Assembly (NCBI GenBank): GCA_965285935.1 | Contig: OZ260664.1 | Location: 53,444,001 to 53,508,000, forward strand | DNA from: Ophelia neglecta | Lineage: Eukaryota | Reading direction: 5' to 3' | Length of the DNA stretch: 64,000 nucleotides | Shown here: positions 51,191 through 64,000 of the stretch, one piece after another | Layout: each line of letters starts with the position of its first letter | Position numbering within the stretch: position 1 is the first letter of the stretch | Notes under the pieces: model-generated | Told to the model about the DNA's origin: nothing | The model's input: the letters and a program-made list of their open reading frames with translations, nothing else | The model's database searches: none | Program-made: the position numbers and the translations under genes

Positions 51191-53131
51191 TTGCGTCCCC
51201 TCCTTAAATCACTGAGCTTACAGGTCAACTCATTTTGTATTTCCTGACATGACTCTGCTTATAATTGTGCTCTGGGGGAGCTATGAATTCATACTAACGC
51301 TGCCACCACGCTATTGAAATGACAAGATGTCACAAATTATGGAAATTGTTTATTCAATACGAAAGGTTGCAGGAGCCCCATTACAACCATAGACCAGTAC
51401 ATCTACACAACAGGATGCGCACGCACACACAGGTGCATCACTTTCGCTATATTGAGTGAATTTATAATGTTTCCACACTAGGTAGAAGTTTGCATAACAC
51501 TTTCATCAAAAAGTCTATCTCAGCCGCCTGTAATCAGTGTAAATTTGATAAAAATATGTGGGATTGAGCCAAGGACTACCTTTGCAGTGTATATTCTAGG
51601 ATAACTTCATTTTATTGGAAGATTTAAACTTTGATCAGGAAAGCTATTTGTATGAAGATGCGACTGGAAACTGATAAAGAACAGTTTAGGTATTCCTCCA
51701 CAAGCAATTAAAACAAGAACCATGTGCAGTAATATAAAGCAAATTTGCCACCATTTTGTCAAAAGTCTGATGCTTTGATTGGTCAAGGCACTGTCCAAGT
51801 TAGAGAAAGGTTGACCTATTATCAACCAATGTACTGTGAGAAGAAGGCTCTGTAAACTGAATGCGACACTCTCGAAATTCTTGCCATATGTGCGAACCTA
51901 ATTCAAACCAAGTCTTCGACAAAACACTAGATGCCGTGAATTGTTTGGCAATAAGTCATTCCTCAATGAACTAATAGTGAACAATTCGGCAAGGTATGAT
52001 AGTTGTTTGCAAAATATCACGACGAATCATTAGGCGGAAGTACAAACTGCTGGTTTGGTCACACTGAAAACCATTAAAATCCAGCTTTGTATATTTAGTC
52101 TTGAGTCTGTTGAGTGAAAAGGACGATGAATAATCTCGTCGACCAGGACACTGGTCCGTCCCGGCGTCAGTCAGTCTAGAGGACGTACGCGGGTGAAGGG
52201 TAATAAGCCCTAAGAGCAGGGTTGAAAATTCAATATTAAATCTGGCAAACTCTTGCAAGTTTACTGCGTATACCATTAAAATGTCACAGTACCTTTTCCC
52301 AACCCACCTACCTAGATATTATCAAGTCCAATCATATGATTAGCCATTCATAATACGTACCGTGTGCAAAACTTTTATTATTTTGACGGGTGTCGGTGTT
52401 GGATTAAATTCACCCTTAGAGTAGCCACTCCACTCTATTTTAGAACTTGCCCAGAAGTCCATTGCATGCAATTTGTATATCTGTTTTCAAAACGTGAATA
52501 AAACATATTTGCCCCCTAACTCAGTTCCAATTAATTTGTATTGATATTCTTACATGTGACTGCCGGTTCTATTGTACCAGCAGCCGCGTAGTCATGCCAA
52601 CAACGTGGGGTTTTCCAGCATGGGTTTTTCTATGTGCGTTTACAATTAATTTATAAGAAATATGCACTCAAACCTTTTTTATTATAAGTGTGTTTTCGAT
52701 CCTATAGCTAACTAACAATTCGTTATGAAAAGCAAAGTTTACCAGCAATAATATAAATTTTACCTACATTTTCGGATTACATAGAGGGCCTATATAGGAT
52801 ATCCGTTCGTCCCCAATATTGGTTCAGCTTAAAGATCGGGAACGCTGTTCACTGCATTGTATGAGTAAATATTGGGCAAATATGTGATCATTTATTATTA
52901 AAAGGCCCTGTTCATAGAAAAAAAAACTGTGCTAATTGCATTTATGCGTGTTACAAACTTAATTAAAGTTCAATAGGACATTCGAAACAAGACTTGATCA
53001 ACTTGTTGACGAATGAAGTATTAGAAATCTGAATCTGAGATTAATCCGACTAGAAGGAACAATTCATATTATTTTATTTCCGTTCGTATGAAGCAAGTGA
53101 AGTACAACTGTGGCCTCATTCTAAATACATA

Positions 53132-53796
53132 GGGGAAACCCGGGCAAGACGAGCCAGTTAAGACTTGAGCCGTTACCATGGAATAAATTAAACGACTAGT
53201 AAAATAGAATGGGCTCAATCTGTAGATGCCACATCTATCCTTTCATCAATGCTTTTTCCATCATATTTAACAGTTTGACTAAGCAGGACGAGGAAGGTCG
53301 TATTGTCAGAATTGACCCGTCTTGCCCTTGTCCTTAGGGCAAGACAGGTCAAGTTCACTGGCAATAGAATCACATGTAATATAAATTGCTTTTTAAGATG
53401 TAACTCAATCTGGTAATTTGTTTTAATGTTTACAACACACCCTAGTGACTATTTGGGACTTGTGAACCAAATACCTAGGTATAATTTACTACTGTGACCC
53501 TATATGGGACGATTAAAATTATCCCCTTTAATAATATTCTATACCAAAAACTGTGTTGTCTGTCCACAGCGGAAGTGGCTTATATAATAAGACCGGGCAA
53601 GTTCAATGAATTAATTATGTGATCTTAATGGTCTGTATTATTTCCGAACTGTTTCTAGTCAGAGGCTTAGCTCATTTGTGATATTAAATGCCTTTCAAAT
53701 GTTTAATTAAATCAATTTTCCTTATTTGCCGTGCGAATGCGTTACATTAAAGCCTATGACCCATCTTGCCCGGCCCATCTGACCCGGCAGACAGCC
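53132..53796. mobile_element. MITE-like element with GGGCAAGA subterminal motifs
   Basis: Starts TA|GGGGAAACCCGGGCAAGACG; inverted motifs CATCTTGCCCGG and CATCTGACCCGG near the end; internal 20-bp hairpin at 53309-53356. Confidence 0.55.
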
Positions 53797-56700
53797 TGTG
53801 ATTTGCGCAGCTGCTTCGGAAACTACCAACGTAATCCAAACGCTTATATTTGACTTTCTTTTCTTTAAATTACCTGAAAGCTTCGTCTGCGTTATAAATA
53901 ATTAGGGTTCCCATAAAAAAAATAGACAAATATGTAAACATTTTCATTAAGGAGCAATCGTAAGGAAATCATTAAAATAGTTAAAACGCTTCCTCAAATA
54001 AATTCAAATCAGAAAATTAAGCTGATTACCACTCACATTTAAAGGCCGACTGACAACCTGTTTAAGGATATATGTTGGGTATGGCAATATGGGCTTCCCC
54101 TCATTACTGTTGCTAAGCCTATTCGTAATTTATACCAATTATATATTTACTAGAAAATATTCTACATGTAGAAATAAGAGCAGAATTCTTACCGTATAAT
54201 TAAGAATATTTTGAAAGCTTACGTTTGGCAACTGACTCTTCAAATATTTCCTTCAATGATTGATCACGAGAAACAGTTATATAAATCTGCAAGAATTATC
54301 AGCCTTGCCGTCAAACTGTACATTGATATCAACGTTTTCCCTTCTTCAAGAAATCACTGATTGTTTCACACCTAAATCTTCAACTGGATCAGTCCGAGGA
54401 AACTGGATCATGCCAAACGATTATCAAGCAAAGATTATCAAGCGGAGAATACCCAGCACAAGTATACTGCACTCCAAAACACCAACAAATATGTTCTTTT
54501 ATAAAACTGCAGAACACAAAAGTGTTTCTTCCCTTTTAAAAGGACACTGGCAAATTGTACTATAAATCTACAGAAATTGATCTCGCCAACTGATAGTATC
54601 AAACGCTCAGCTGCGTCACAGCGTACTCTGTTACTAAAAAATAAACGAGCAGCTACCGCTGGAATGATCTCTTGTAACTTTCCCGCGACATGTGTCCATT
54701 GGCAGTGACAACGGCTGAACTAAAGGCGCAGCTTTTGTATGCCTATACAAACAGAAGCTCGGAAGCGCAAATGAACTGTCATTTACCATCCGCTAGGCGC
54801 TGCTCTAACCGAGCAAAAGCGGTGGTAAAGCAGATGGCTCGAGCTAGATGCAACACGGCCATGTGGGGAAAGAGACAGGTAGGTATATTACCCGGGTAGA
54901 TGTCTATTCTCTCAATATGATAGGCAATTGCAGAGGGTAGCTTCTCCCGTAATCACTCATCATAAGAAGGTTAGAGCATCAGTAACACACAAGATCCAAA
55001 CAACATCATCAATCATTCAATCGGAATGTTGTCTTATAATTGATATTTTGTGTTATATTTCATATTTCTATCCGTTTCACCGTATATGTGAACCTTTTTT
55101 AAAATAATATATGAACAGGTGCTGCATCAGTTTAAAACCGTGGTATTGGCATGAAGTTCGATATATGACCAATGAATTTGCTTCCATTGACACTGAAGTA
55201 TCAAATCGCCTTGTTCAAGCTAGAATCCTCCTAAAATGTCCATTATAATTTTTCAAATTCATCAAGAAATGACACATTCAAGAATTTTGATTAAAACATA
55301 TTATTATTGGGATTGGTTAAATAGCACGTTTCTCCCGGTTAATCTAGTTGTTTCTCCCTGTAATGTATTGATGAATGAGTACCAAGTGATTTGCACAATT
55401 GAATCAGTCCTTCGTTAAGATGCAGATAACTAAAAAGATTACATGATTGAAGAAATACATGTTCATATCAATATTGTATTTTCTCCAAAATGAATCCATT
55501 TCTACGTATAAATATAGAATGCACCAATGCAATAAAAACTGACGGTCTGGATCTACCTAGAATATACTGGCAAAAAACGTAAAAAGGGGGTGAATACCCA
55601 GCAAAGAAAATAAATCGGGAAAAAAGAAGTGTCCATAAAATATGTCCACATTTATCAGGAAAAAACAGCCGCAACTCTTTCAACATTGATCCGAAACGGA
55701 ATTAATCGGAAAAAAGTTAGATTTATTTCACTTGCAGTGAGAAATAATCGACAGTTGTCCATGATGTAAGCCAGACCACATAACAATGTGAAGTGAAGTT
55801 TATTTACTACATTCAATATCCATTAGAATAACTATTTTTCAATCACAAATAGAAAAAGATGCATAATAGTGGATGGAGAATAAAATGGAAGATCCAAGGA
55901 GCTTATTGAGGAGGGGAAAATGAAAGGCAAAAATGCCATATGATAACCACTTCACTGCAGGGTTTAAATATTAGCAGTACCAAAGATCTATGAGAATTGA
56001 TGAATTGGGCTTTACAGGCTGTTGAAGCGTATAGGGTTTTAGTTCGTTTTCACTCGGATTGCACTCCTATGTGGATTCTTAAAAAGAATAAATGCCTGTT
56101 ACAACAACATAGGAGCACTTTGGGTACTTTTGACTGGTGTCTCCAATGGCTGCCCGCCCTCTCGAGGATACTGAACTATTTGGTATGTCCGATAAACAAA
56201 ACTTACACTTTACCGTAATACAAAACAATGTCATATTTTATTTCTATTAAGTGGAAAATAACTTGTTGGTACATGATGTTTTTGCAAATTGATGTCGGCA
56301 GAACCACACGAGATACCTACCCGGTTGTGTAAAATGCGCGTGCTTGCATCCTTATGTGTCTAAAACACCACGTATATCGAGTAACAACTTTTGATTTCTC
56401 CTTATTCAATCAGCACAATGTCCTAGCTGTTTCTAGCTTATATTTCTGGCCCATTGGTGATGTCATAATAAGACTACATGGACCTATGTCACATTTATTT
56501 GTTCATGCTATAGCCATGCTCTATTGCTTATCTCGGTATTAAACTTCCTTTGCGTGAGTAAATGGGTATCAAATGCACAAGGTATAATATCATTACTATT
56601 CTATTTAAATTTAAATGGATGCCTATCGAACATATTTTTTAAGCCTTTTAACCTTTCATGACTCTCAAGTCACACTCGATACTTACGTTTAGCCATCCTT

Positions 56701-57099
56701 TTATAATTAAAAGATACAAACAAAACCCTGAGAATATAACAAGGATACTTCTTGTGTACATTTTTGCACGCACCGAAACCACCAAATACATATCGATGAC
56801 GAAAGAACAGACTTCGTTGATTGATTCCATGCAAATTTGGTTAATACAACTTTGCTAATGGTTATAGGGCTGGGAATTGATGTCCTTTTCGGTTGCCCTA
56901 ACTGTTATGTTTGGGTAGATATAATGCAATGCTTTTATTAAATGTCAATACTAGTATGACTGCCTGGTTTCCACCCCTGTTGTTTATCAACAATAAGTGC
57001 CAGCGAAAAGCTCCTTGTTCATACTGACACCTCCATTACTTACTATAAGTTGAACACTATTTGGTCCCACTGGTTGCATTTGCATGATGTATGTCTAAA

Positions 57100-57520
57100 C
57101 CTTGGACCCCTTCTGGGCTTTCTCTCCAGTTGTCAACTGTACTGTTATTTTGATAAAATTAGTCCACCAAACCTTTAATATACAGGTGTCCATTTATTGT
57201 TAACAGTTTTATCACAAGCTCTATGTGCCTGTCCTTAATCTTAGTCTCTCGCTGATCATCTATAATGTTGATATTCGCATTCACTTCTGATTTGTAATTT
57301 TAGTCCAAACGTTTTGCCACCTCATGAATTATTCCTATAATATCGTTGCAGCTCCTCCAATTTTGTCCACTTATTTCTGCAAATGACGTATATCACCAGC
57401 CCAAATCCCTTTAACATAACGGGTAACTGCTTTTTTAAGTAAAAAACAATGGTTTGTATTTCTGGTCAACTCAATAATATATTGGAACGTGGCCCACCTG
57501 ATATTGCGTCTGGGTCTGCC
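57100..57520 (-). mobile_element. Possible decayed RTE-type LINE 3' fragment
   Basis: RRNIRWATF...LKK...LPVML and later HIE..NNKW resemble post-RT RTE motifs. Very degenerate. Confidence 0.35.
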
Positions 57521-57827
57521 TACAAACAACTTAACAGCATACACACATTTTAAAGAATTCAACATTAATTTGATGGTAAGGCATATATTAAGAAATAATT
57601 TCGGATATTTCTCAATAATATTAGCGGTTATATTTCACTAAGGTGGATTGGACGCCATTTCACCGAAAATATACCCAAAACAAGGCTCAAAATGGCGTCA
57701 AGACAATTTCCTATTATAAAATGCTCCATTATATTGACAAATAAATTGAATCTAGTTTGTGAAATAGAATATAAGATAGATTCTACTGCAACATGGAAAA
57801 TCGGAAAATATGATCATGTACATTTGA

Positions 57828-57899
57828 TGCAAAACAAAAAGCCTTCCGGAGAACCAAGGGATTGCAAAACAAAAAGCCTTCTGGAGATCCAAGGAATTG
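57828..57899. repeat. 2 x 35-bp tandem duplication
   Basis: tgcaaaacaaaaagccttc(c/t)ggaga(a/t)ccaagg(g/a)at repeated twice. Confidence 0.9.
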
Positions 57900-59270
57900 A
57901 GATATCTTAATTATATTTATTACCATAGACAGTGTATGGCAATGACAACATATGGCTATAAGTTTTGCTGTCACAAAAACATGCACTTTGTGTCCCTGGG
58001 GGCTGATGGACTATTGGTGAAATGAAGCGCAGCGAAGACACTGAGACTGAGTGTCTGTCTATAGACTACAACGTTCAGACCGCCTTTTTTGTCACTCTCG
58101 GGCCATAGTATAGGCTGCAGGAATTCCTCTATGTGTTATGGAAATGGACCTTCGTTCACGCAGGTCTAACCAAGAATAAGAACCCCGACATCATATATCT
58201 CACTGCTTATTCGTTGTCGCCATACGCGTTTTTTTTCCATCTTCATGCATAACCTACCTCCCTGGAGGAAATACAACGGGTGAAGTGTAAGAGCGATGCC
58301 GGTTTAAATGAGGCTTCGCTGCTATTTACCTTCAGTTCTTTAGCCTGGGTCTCATCCAACATTTAGCGTCCTTCAATGATGATGTGCGTTGCTAATCATT
58401 AATCGCTACATCAGATAGGTTCTTGGTATGACGGCGAGTAGTTGCCATCAATGATTCAGTTAAGACCGAATAAAAACCAACTGACATTTCGCTCAAAGTC
58501 GCTATTATAAGAATTATTACTCGATATTCACAAGCTTTTTCCTTTATTTCGGGGTGGATATGGACATTGTGTAACCTTTTATTATATAATATATAAGAAG
58601 CAAATGATACAAGTCATGTTGGCCTGCCCGTGGTAATACTAACGGTATAAGACTTACCACATCGTTCTTTATTAACGGCCACCAAAGCGCATTATACGTC
58701 GTTAAAAGGCAACCTCTGCTACAAAGACGTGTACTCATTATATCGTGTGTATGATCGTATCGAGAAAAATCTCATTATTCTAAGTGACTAATAAGATGGC
58801 TTTATAGTCCATATAGATTGCATTAAGTATTTTAGTCAACAAGATAAGACAAGCTTTGGAGAAAAGGGGCAGTTTGTCTTCCTTAGATTTACCACAATAT
58901 TTTTGCTTCAATATTTCAATAGTAAGCTATTCGTGTAAGGCCCCAGAACTGATTAAATTGTGTTTAAACAGTCTAAAACAAATGTATAGTATAATGGAGT
59001 CGGGTCCAGCGTCATATCCTGTCTTTCGTGGTATATTAACGATTGGAGTAAGGCATTGTATAAAGATTTCCCTTCAATGTTTGCCTAAGGATGCTAATAT
59101 TAATATAAAAGGTAAAAATATTGTTAACATGAAACAGGGCCTGAATGAAACGTGAAAAAAATAAAATATTGATTGGCTTAGGGCCATGGAGCTTGTCGTT
59201 TAATCTTGTGATATTGATCATAGAGCAAACAACACACACGGCTTATGGCCGCCGTGTCACATTTTACATA

Positions 59271-59370
59271 ACATTACTTGCAGCGCCTACATCTCATAGT
59301 AATACTTATCATTTAAATAACCAGTATGACTATGAGATGTACATTACTTAAGCGCCTACATCTCATAGTA
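59271..59370. repeat. Rearranged copy of the same foldback family
   Basis: tacatctcatagt occurs forward, reverse and forward; cagcgcctacatctcatagtaatac matches the arm of the 49858 element. Confidence 0.75.
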
Positions 59371-62300
59371 CAACATTTTTCCAACTTACAAAAAAGTCCC
59401 CCGTCACGTTTAAACTGTTTTTATTTACATATTCAATTGGACGCAAAGAAGAACAACAGTTTACTTTTCATAGTTTACTCCAAACGGCATTAGGAAGGAT
59501 CATTTATCAATACGCCTTCTTTGAAACAATAATTAGTGCACGTTGAATGAACTGTAAGTTAGGACTTTGATGTATAGATGCGTTGGAGTCATAAGTCAGA
59601 TACCTAGTGTCACACTCTCTCGCTCAAATGGATTTTTCAGTTAATGATGATCAGTTGTTTTTCTGTACGGAAGAAGACCTTGAGAGTTCCCTAAAGATCT
59701 TAAATAACTCGTGTTCCGTATTCGTGGCCGGTGGCTCGAACAAATCGCGTGCGTAATATTTGAACTGAAATATTTCTCCACCATTTAACCCTATCCTGTG
59801 CCTCTGGTAGTCCAAGCACATGTATTCTATACCTGGTTGATTTGTTAGCCTGTAAGTTAATTTGATGTTTGTTTGATGCTCTATCGTGCATTGGGTTTAG
59901 AAATGAATTGTGACGCTAACCAGAAACACAATTAGAATTGGGATACTAGCCCCCCTCCCCTCCCCGCCCCTGGTGTCAGATATTGTCGGCCTAATGGCTC
60001 TTACGCGTGACAATTTCCAATTTGCATGACATTTAAACAAAGAACACGAAGAAATGTTGGTTTATAATGTCTGCGTCTGATGGTTGGAAATTACGCCTTC
60101 TCGGCGAAAAAGAGTTCGATAAATTAGAAATATATTGGAAACTATCATTTTAGCTTTGGGGTTGGTCATAAAATAAACGAAATTGGCGTATCTATTCCGG
60201 TTTTACGACCACAGCTCGAGAGCCTAGGAAGGCGGGCGAATATTGAGCTTTATAATATGTTCTATGTTTATCTTATGACTAATGGTCCACTACTACTCTT
60301 ATTATACCTACGCCACCACAAGCACGTTACAATTCAAACAAGTTTTATAGAAAACTTAGTGGAACGCTCTTAAGTTCCTTTAACATTACACAAAGGCACT
60401 CAGTGACAACAAATAATAGTTCGATAGGTCATTGGACGCTCGTAAACGAGCCCCGCTCCAGTTCCACAATGATGCACACTTCTCCATTTTCACTGAGATC
60501 TCAAGCCGAAATAATGATTATTATAGCTGAATTAGGTTATACATCAAAACGCCCGTCACTGACATTGTACCACTCTGAAGCGATTGAGCTGGTCTGTGAT
60601 CACATCTCAAACGATAATTTAGCCAGGTGTCGTCAAATTAGAGTACAGAGTACAAGACAGATAATGCGGTGGTTTAAAGCAAATTGATGAGGGGGAAGGT
60701 GAGTTACATGAAAGGCGAGATGCACAAACTCTCCTGCCTTCTTCATTTGCACGAAGTCTAAGCGATTGAATAGTTCATGAAGAAATTCGAGCTATATACG
60801 CCTATCTAAGCCGGCAACGGCCTGAGCCGAATTATTGGAATTAGAGAAGTTGTTGTTCGTGCTCTGCACATAAGCTGCGTATTCCTCAAACCTGACATGT
60901 CATCCATACAAGGACCTCTCAAGGCTGGCGTGGCACAACAAAAATTCTTAGAACTACCAAGCATATTGTGGGTTTCTATATCTGAGGTCAGGCGGGCACA
61001 ACGACTGAACCGCATGGCATCACCGACTTACAGGCTCGAAGGGAGAAGAATAGTTGATGCAACATGTGTGGCATACCTAACCCCTGGAATATGGCTTTGA
61101 TATTTTAACCATAATTACCTGGAGGGCATGCGTGCATCGAGTTGATGACATGCGAGCAGTTCCAGGTCGAAACATGTGCTTTGTGTGTCCACCGACGTTT
61201 AAGACTGATCCCCGTCCGTGGTAATTGGGTCTCTGTATTCGGCGCTGTACGGCTATTTCACGGTATTCCGTAAGCCAATTTAAAAGGCTGCCCTCGGGGC
61301 TCTATACAAACATTTTATTTTCTAAAAGCTCTCGTCGAGCTTTGTAAAGTGTTGAATGGAAAAAGCTCACGGCGGAATGTTTGACATTTTTTCGCCGTTT
61401 AAAAATTGCGAGTCACAAAACGAAGTGTAATTATTTTGTAGCGTTACAATTAAGTTATTAATAAATTGTGAATTTATTTATTATCCAGAATGTTCTGTTC
61501 TGTTCTAACCGGCGTTACAACTGCGATCTGAATGATCCATAAGCGGCACATCATGTTTTAAATACATGTATTCCTTTCTCTACGATTGAAATTAAAAAGG
61601 CAAAACTGTGGTTACAAAAGGTGGCAAGGGTTACAATTTTATTTGTTACTGGATATGTAAATGTCTGAGACAATAAACTAAACATTATATGTTTCCCATA
61701 ACTGTGCTCCTTGGCATGATTAGTATTACAAACACTGGATAACTCTCAATATCATATTACTACAGTTAGTAAGTTGTAGATTACAAATCAGAAAGTTAAC
61801 TAAAGGTACAAAACGTTACGAATTGGTAAAAAATCCGTTGCAACTGGTTTTAAATCACCATACAAATGGGTAAAAATGTTTATAATCGGTACACGCTGTG
61901 GAAGGAATCAAGACATATACGGAAACAAACGCCGACGGGCATGGAACTTATCTAGTCTCAGGATTTTTTCGATGGAGGTAGGCTCCCGCAAACCGCGAGT
62001 TAAAATCTTTAATATCCTTTATTTAAGAGAGTGTTAACCAGGAAAAATTGTACAGTAATTGTTACTGTCAATTTACTGGAAGGTTTTAAGATTTCCCCGA
62101 GAATAATTGTTCTTGTTTTCTAAACTTTATTGAAGCAGGATGAACTTATTTGACCAAAGCTTCGATTTTGTATGGTACTGTCCCCTGCTACCTATGTATA
62201 CCTAGTTACTTATATGTAGCAGAGGACAGGCGCCTCGCGTACTTAGATGTGGCCGGCAGTGAAAATCTCTAGCCAGTCCTGAGCAGATATAGTGATATGC

Positions 62301-64000
62301 ATTTTGGTTGAAATTCAATATATAATAAAATGTATAAAAACTTCTATTACTAATTCATGCATTTATAATCTTATCTAACATCGTTTAACCCCTGCTAATG
62401 GGAAGAGATTTATTTTGGAGGATCTAGTTAAATTTAAAATAAAAAAACCAATGTCTGCGCATTTTCTGGTAGATGATTTTATTAATAGTGTCTAAAAAGC
62501 AACCCCCTCCTCCCCACCAACCCATAAATAATGATCACTCACTTATAACTGGATGCATACATGTTGAATATTATGTTAAATGTACTTACGGATTGTCATC
62601 TTTTGGCTTTCTTCATCTTTCAATTCTCCTTAATTTTTGCAACTGGGACACGATTGTCATATTGCTAGTATCTTCTCTTTCGTTTTTTCCCCATGTTTTG
62701 TTGTTTACGAGTTTCCTGGAATACAAGGAGAGAGTCAGAACTCTTATACGTTGATAGCAAACAAGAATTTAACCTCGAACACTGCAGAAACAAAGTAATT
62801 AGTCCATTACAAAATATTGATAAAAAAAAACATTTCGTATCCATAACGGTTAAAAACGTTTATAAATGATTTGTCACTTTGTGCACGTGACATTTCCAGA
62901 GATCTATTGACCTAGTTTGGGTCTACAGAATGTTCCCTACTACAGCAAAAAATTTTCGATTAATTTCAAAATGAGTCTCTGTATTGTCCAAATCTAAACT
63001 AAATTTCTCTGTTATCGCGAACACTTGTTGCTATCAACTTGTACGCAGTTTTGCAAAACATTCCTAAATTTTGTTAAAAATAAAAATATTTACTCGGGCG
63101 CGTAACCCTTTAGTTCGAATTGTGATCATTTCTTTGAGTTTACTAGTACTTCCCTGTTATTAGTTGATTGGATTCTTAAGCAGTTACTTAACTAAAAGCA
63201 ATTTCTTCATGGGTCTATTAAGACATTTAGCATCAAAACCATACTATCTTGCCTCAATAGAAAGGGAAATATGTAGCGGATTGCCCTGTAAAGACAGTGT
63301 ATAATCAATGCATCACGTTTGGTAATGCACAGAGCATTATCACAAACAACACCAAACGAGATTGAACGGATTCGGATTTTAAGTACAAGACACGCTAGCG
63401 GTGCATAATCTAGCTGTCTATCAGTATGCTCTAAATAATAATTGTAAATGGCATCAGGGTTTAAATATCCGATGAAAACAACCGGGAGTGGATACCTGGC
63501 AGACATAACCAAATCATAAGTCAAGAATAGTCCATAAAATCTACTCGAAATCACCAGGAACCAGCGGCCACAGGCTCTAACACATCAATACATCAATCTC
63601 CAGCTCCTAAACAGTAAATTAACATGTAAAAAAATAAAATACTGTAAAACAAGTAATATGATCAATGATGAGAAGTATTAGAAACATGCAATGTGGCCGA
63701 CCAGCCCTGTCGAAAACCTCCAAACGCCAACATCTTAATAGTTTCTAAACTTTAAGAACCAGAACCACCATGACTGAAAGTCAAAATGCAACCTGTGAAG
63801 CATTGAAAAACGAATATATGCTGCCTATTCAAAATAGTCAATTGCAAGACGTCATCAGCAGCGCAAGTTAATTCTTTAGTGCGCATTTGGAAGAAAAAAT
63901 ATAACAAAACTTTTCCTGAATGGTCCTTCCATCTGCCTAATGAGTTTGCAAATAATATCAATGAAAATACTAACGTGCATTGAGCAAACACTTATAACTG

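Noticed and set aside
136-63991. Most 60-136 aa ORFs in the supplied track
   Set aside because: No recognisable domains, many non-ATG starts, and a length range expected by chance. Only those overlapping the GPCR, PDE9 exon 3 and the TE relics are meaningful.
1-64000. Prokaryotic-type systems (CRISPR arrays, operons, defence islands)
   Set aside because: The sequence is spliceosomal-intron-containing animal DNA. No repeat-spacer array was seen, and tandem repeats have only 2-3 units without unique spacers.

Overview
This is an AT-rich animal (invertebrate, probably lophotrochozoan) genomic window, not a prokaryotic one. Two real genes are supported, both on the minus strand. (1) The 5' half of a spliced PDE9 (cGMP phosphodiesterase 9A-like) gene, which the ORF track misses. 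I rebuilt it by hand from GT-AG exons at 16336-16268, 11298-11228, 10397-10320, 7483-7443, 7283-7229, [4594-4524 or 4465-4395], 3242-3134 and 1291-1234; the catalytic domain lies beyond the left edge. (2) A rhodopsin-family, FMRFamide-receptor-like GPCR with a single coding exon (26508-25450) and a 5'UTR intron. The rest is intron or intergenic DNA with decayed transposons: CR1, a DIRS element whose tyrosine recombinase is split by a LINE, Penelope-like, RTE-like and hAT-like fragments, MITEs and a tRNA-Gly-derived relic. The best leads are a duplicated, apparently mutually exclusive 71-nt exon pair in PDE9; a triplicated splice acceptor at PDE9 exon 2; and strong enrichment of TAGGCCTA, which twice appears as an exact GGCCTA insertion after TA inside the DIRS coding relic, suggesting transposon excision footprints. 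All homology calls come from recalled motifs, not from database searches.
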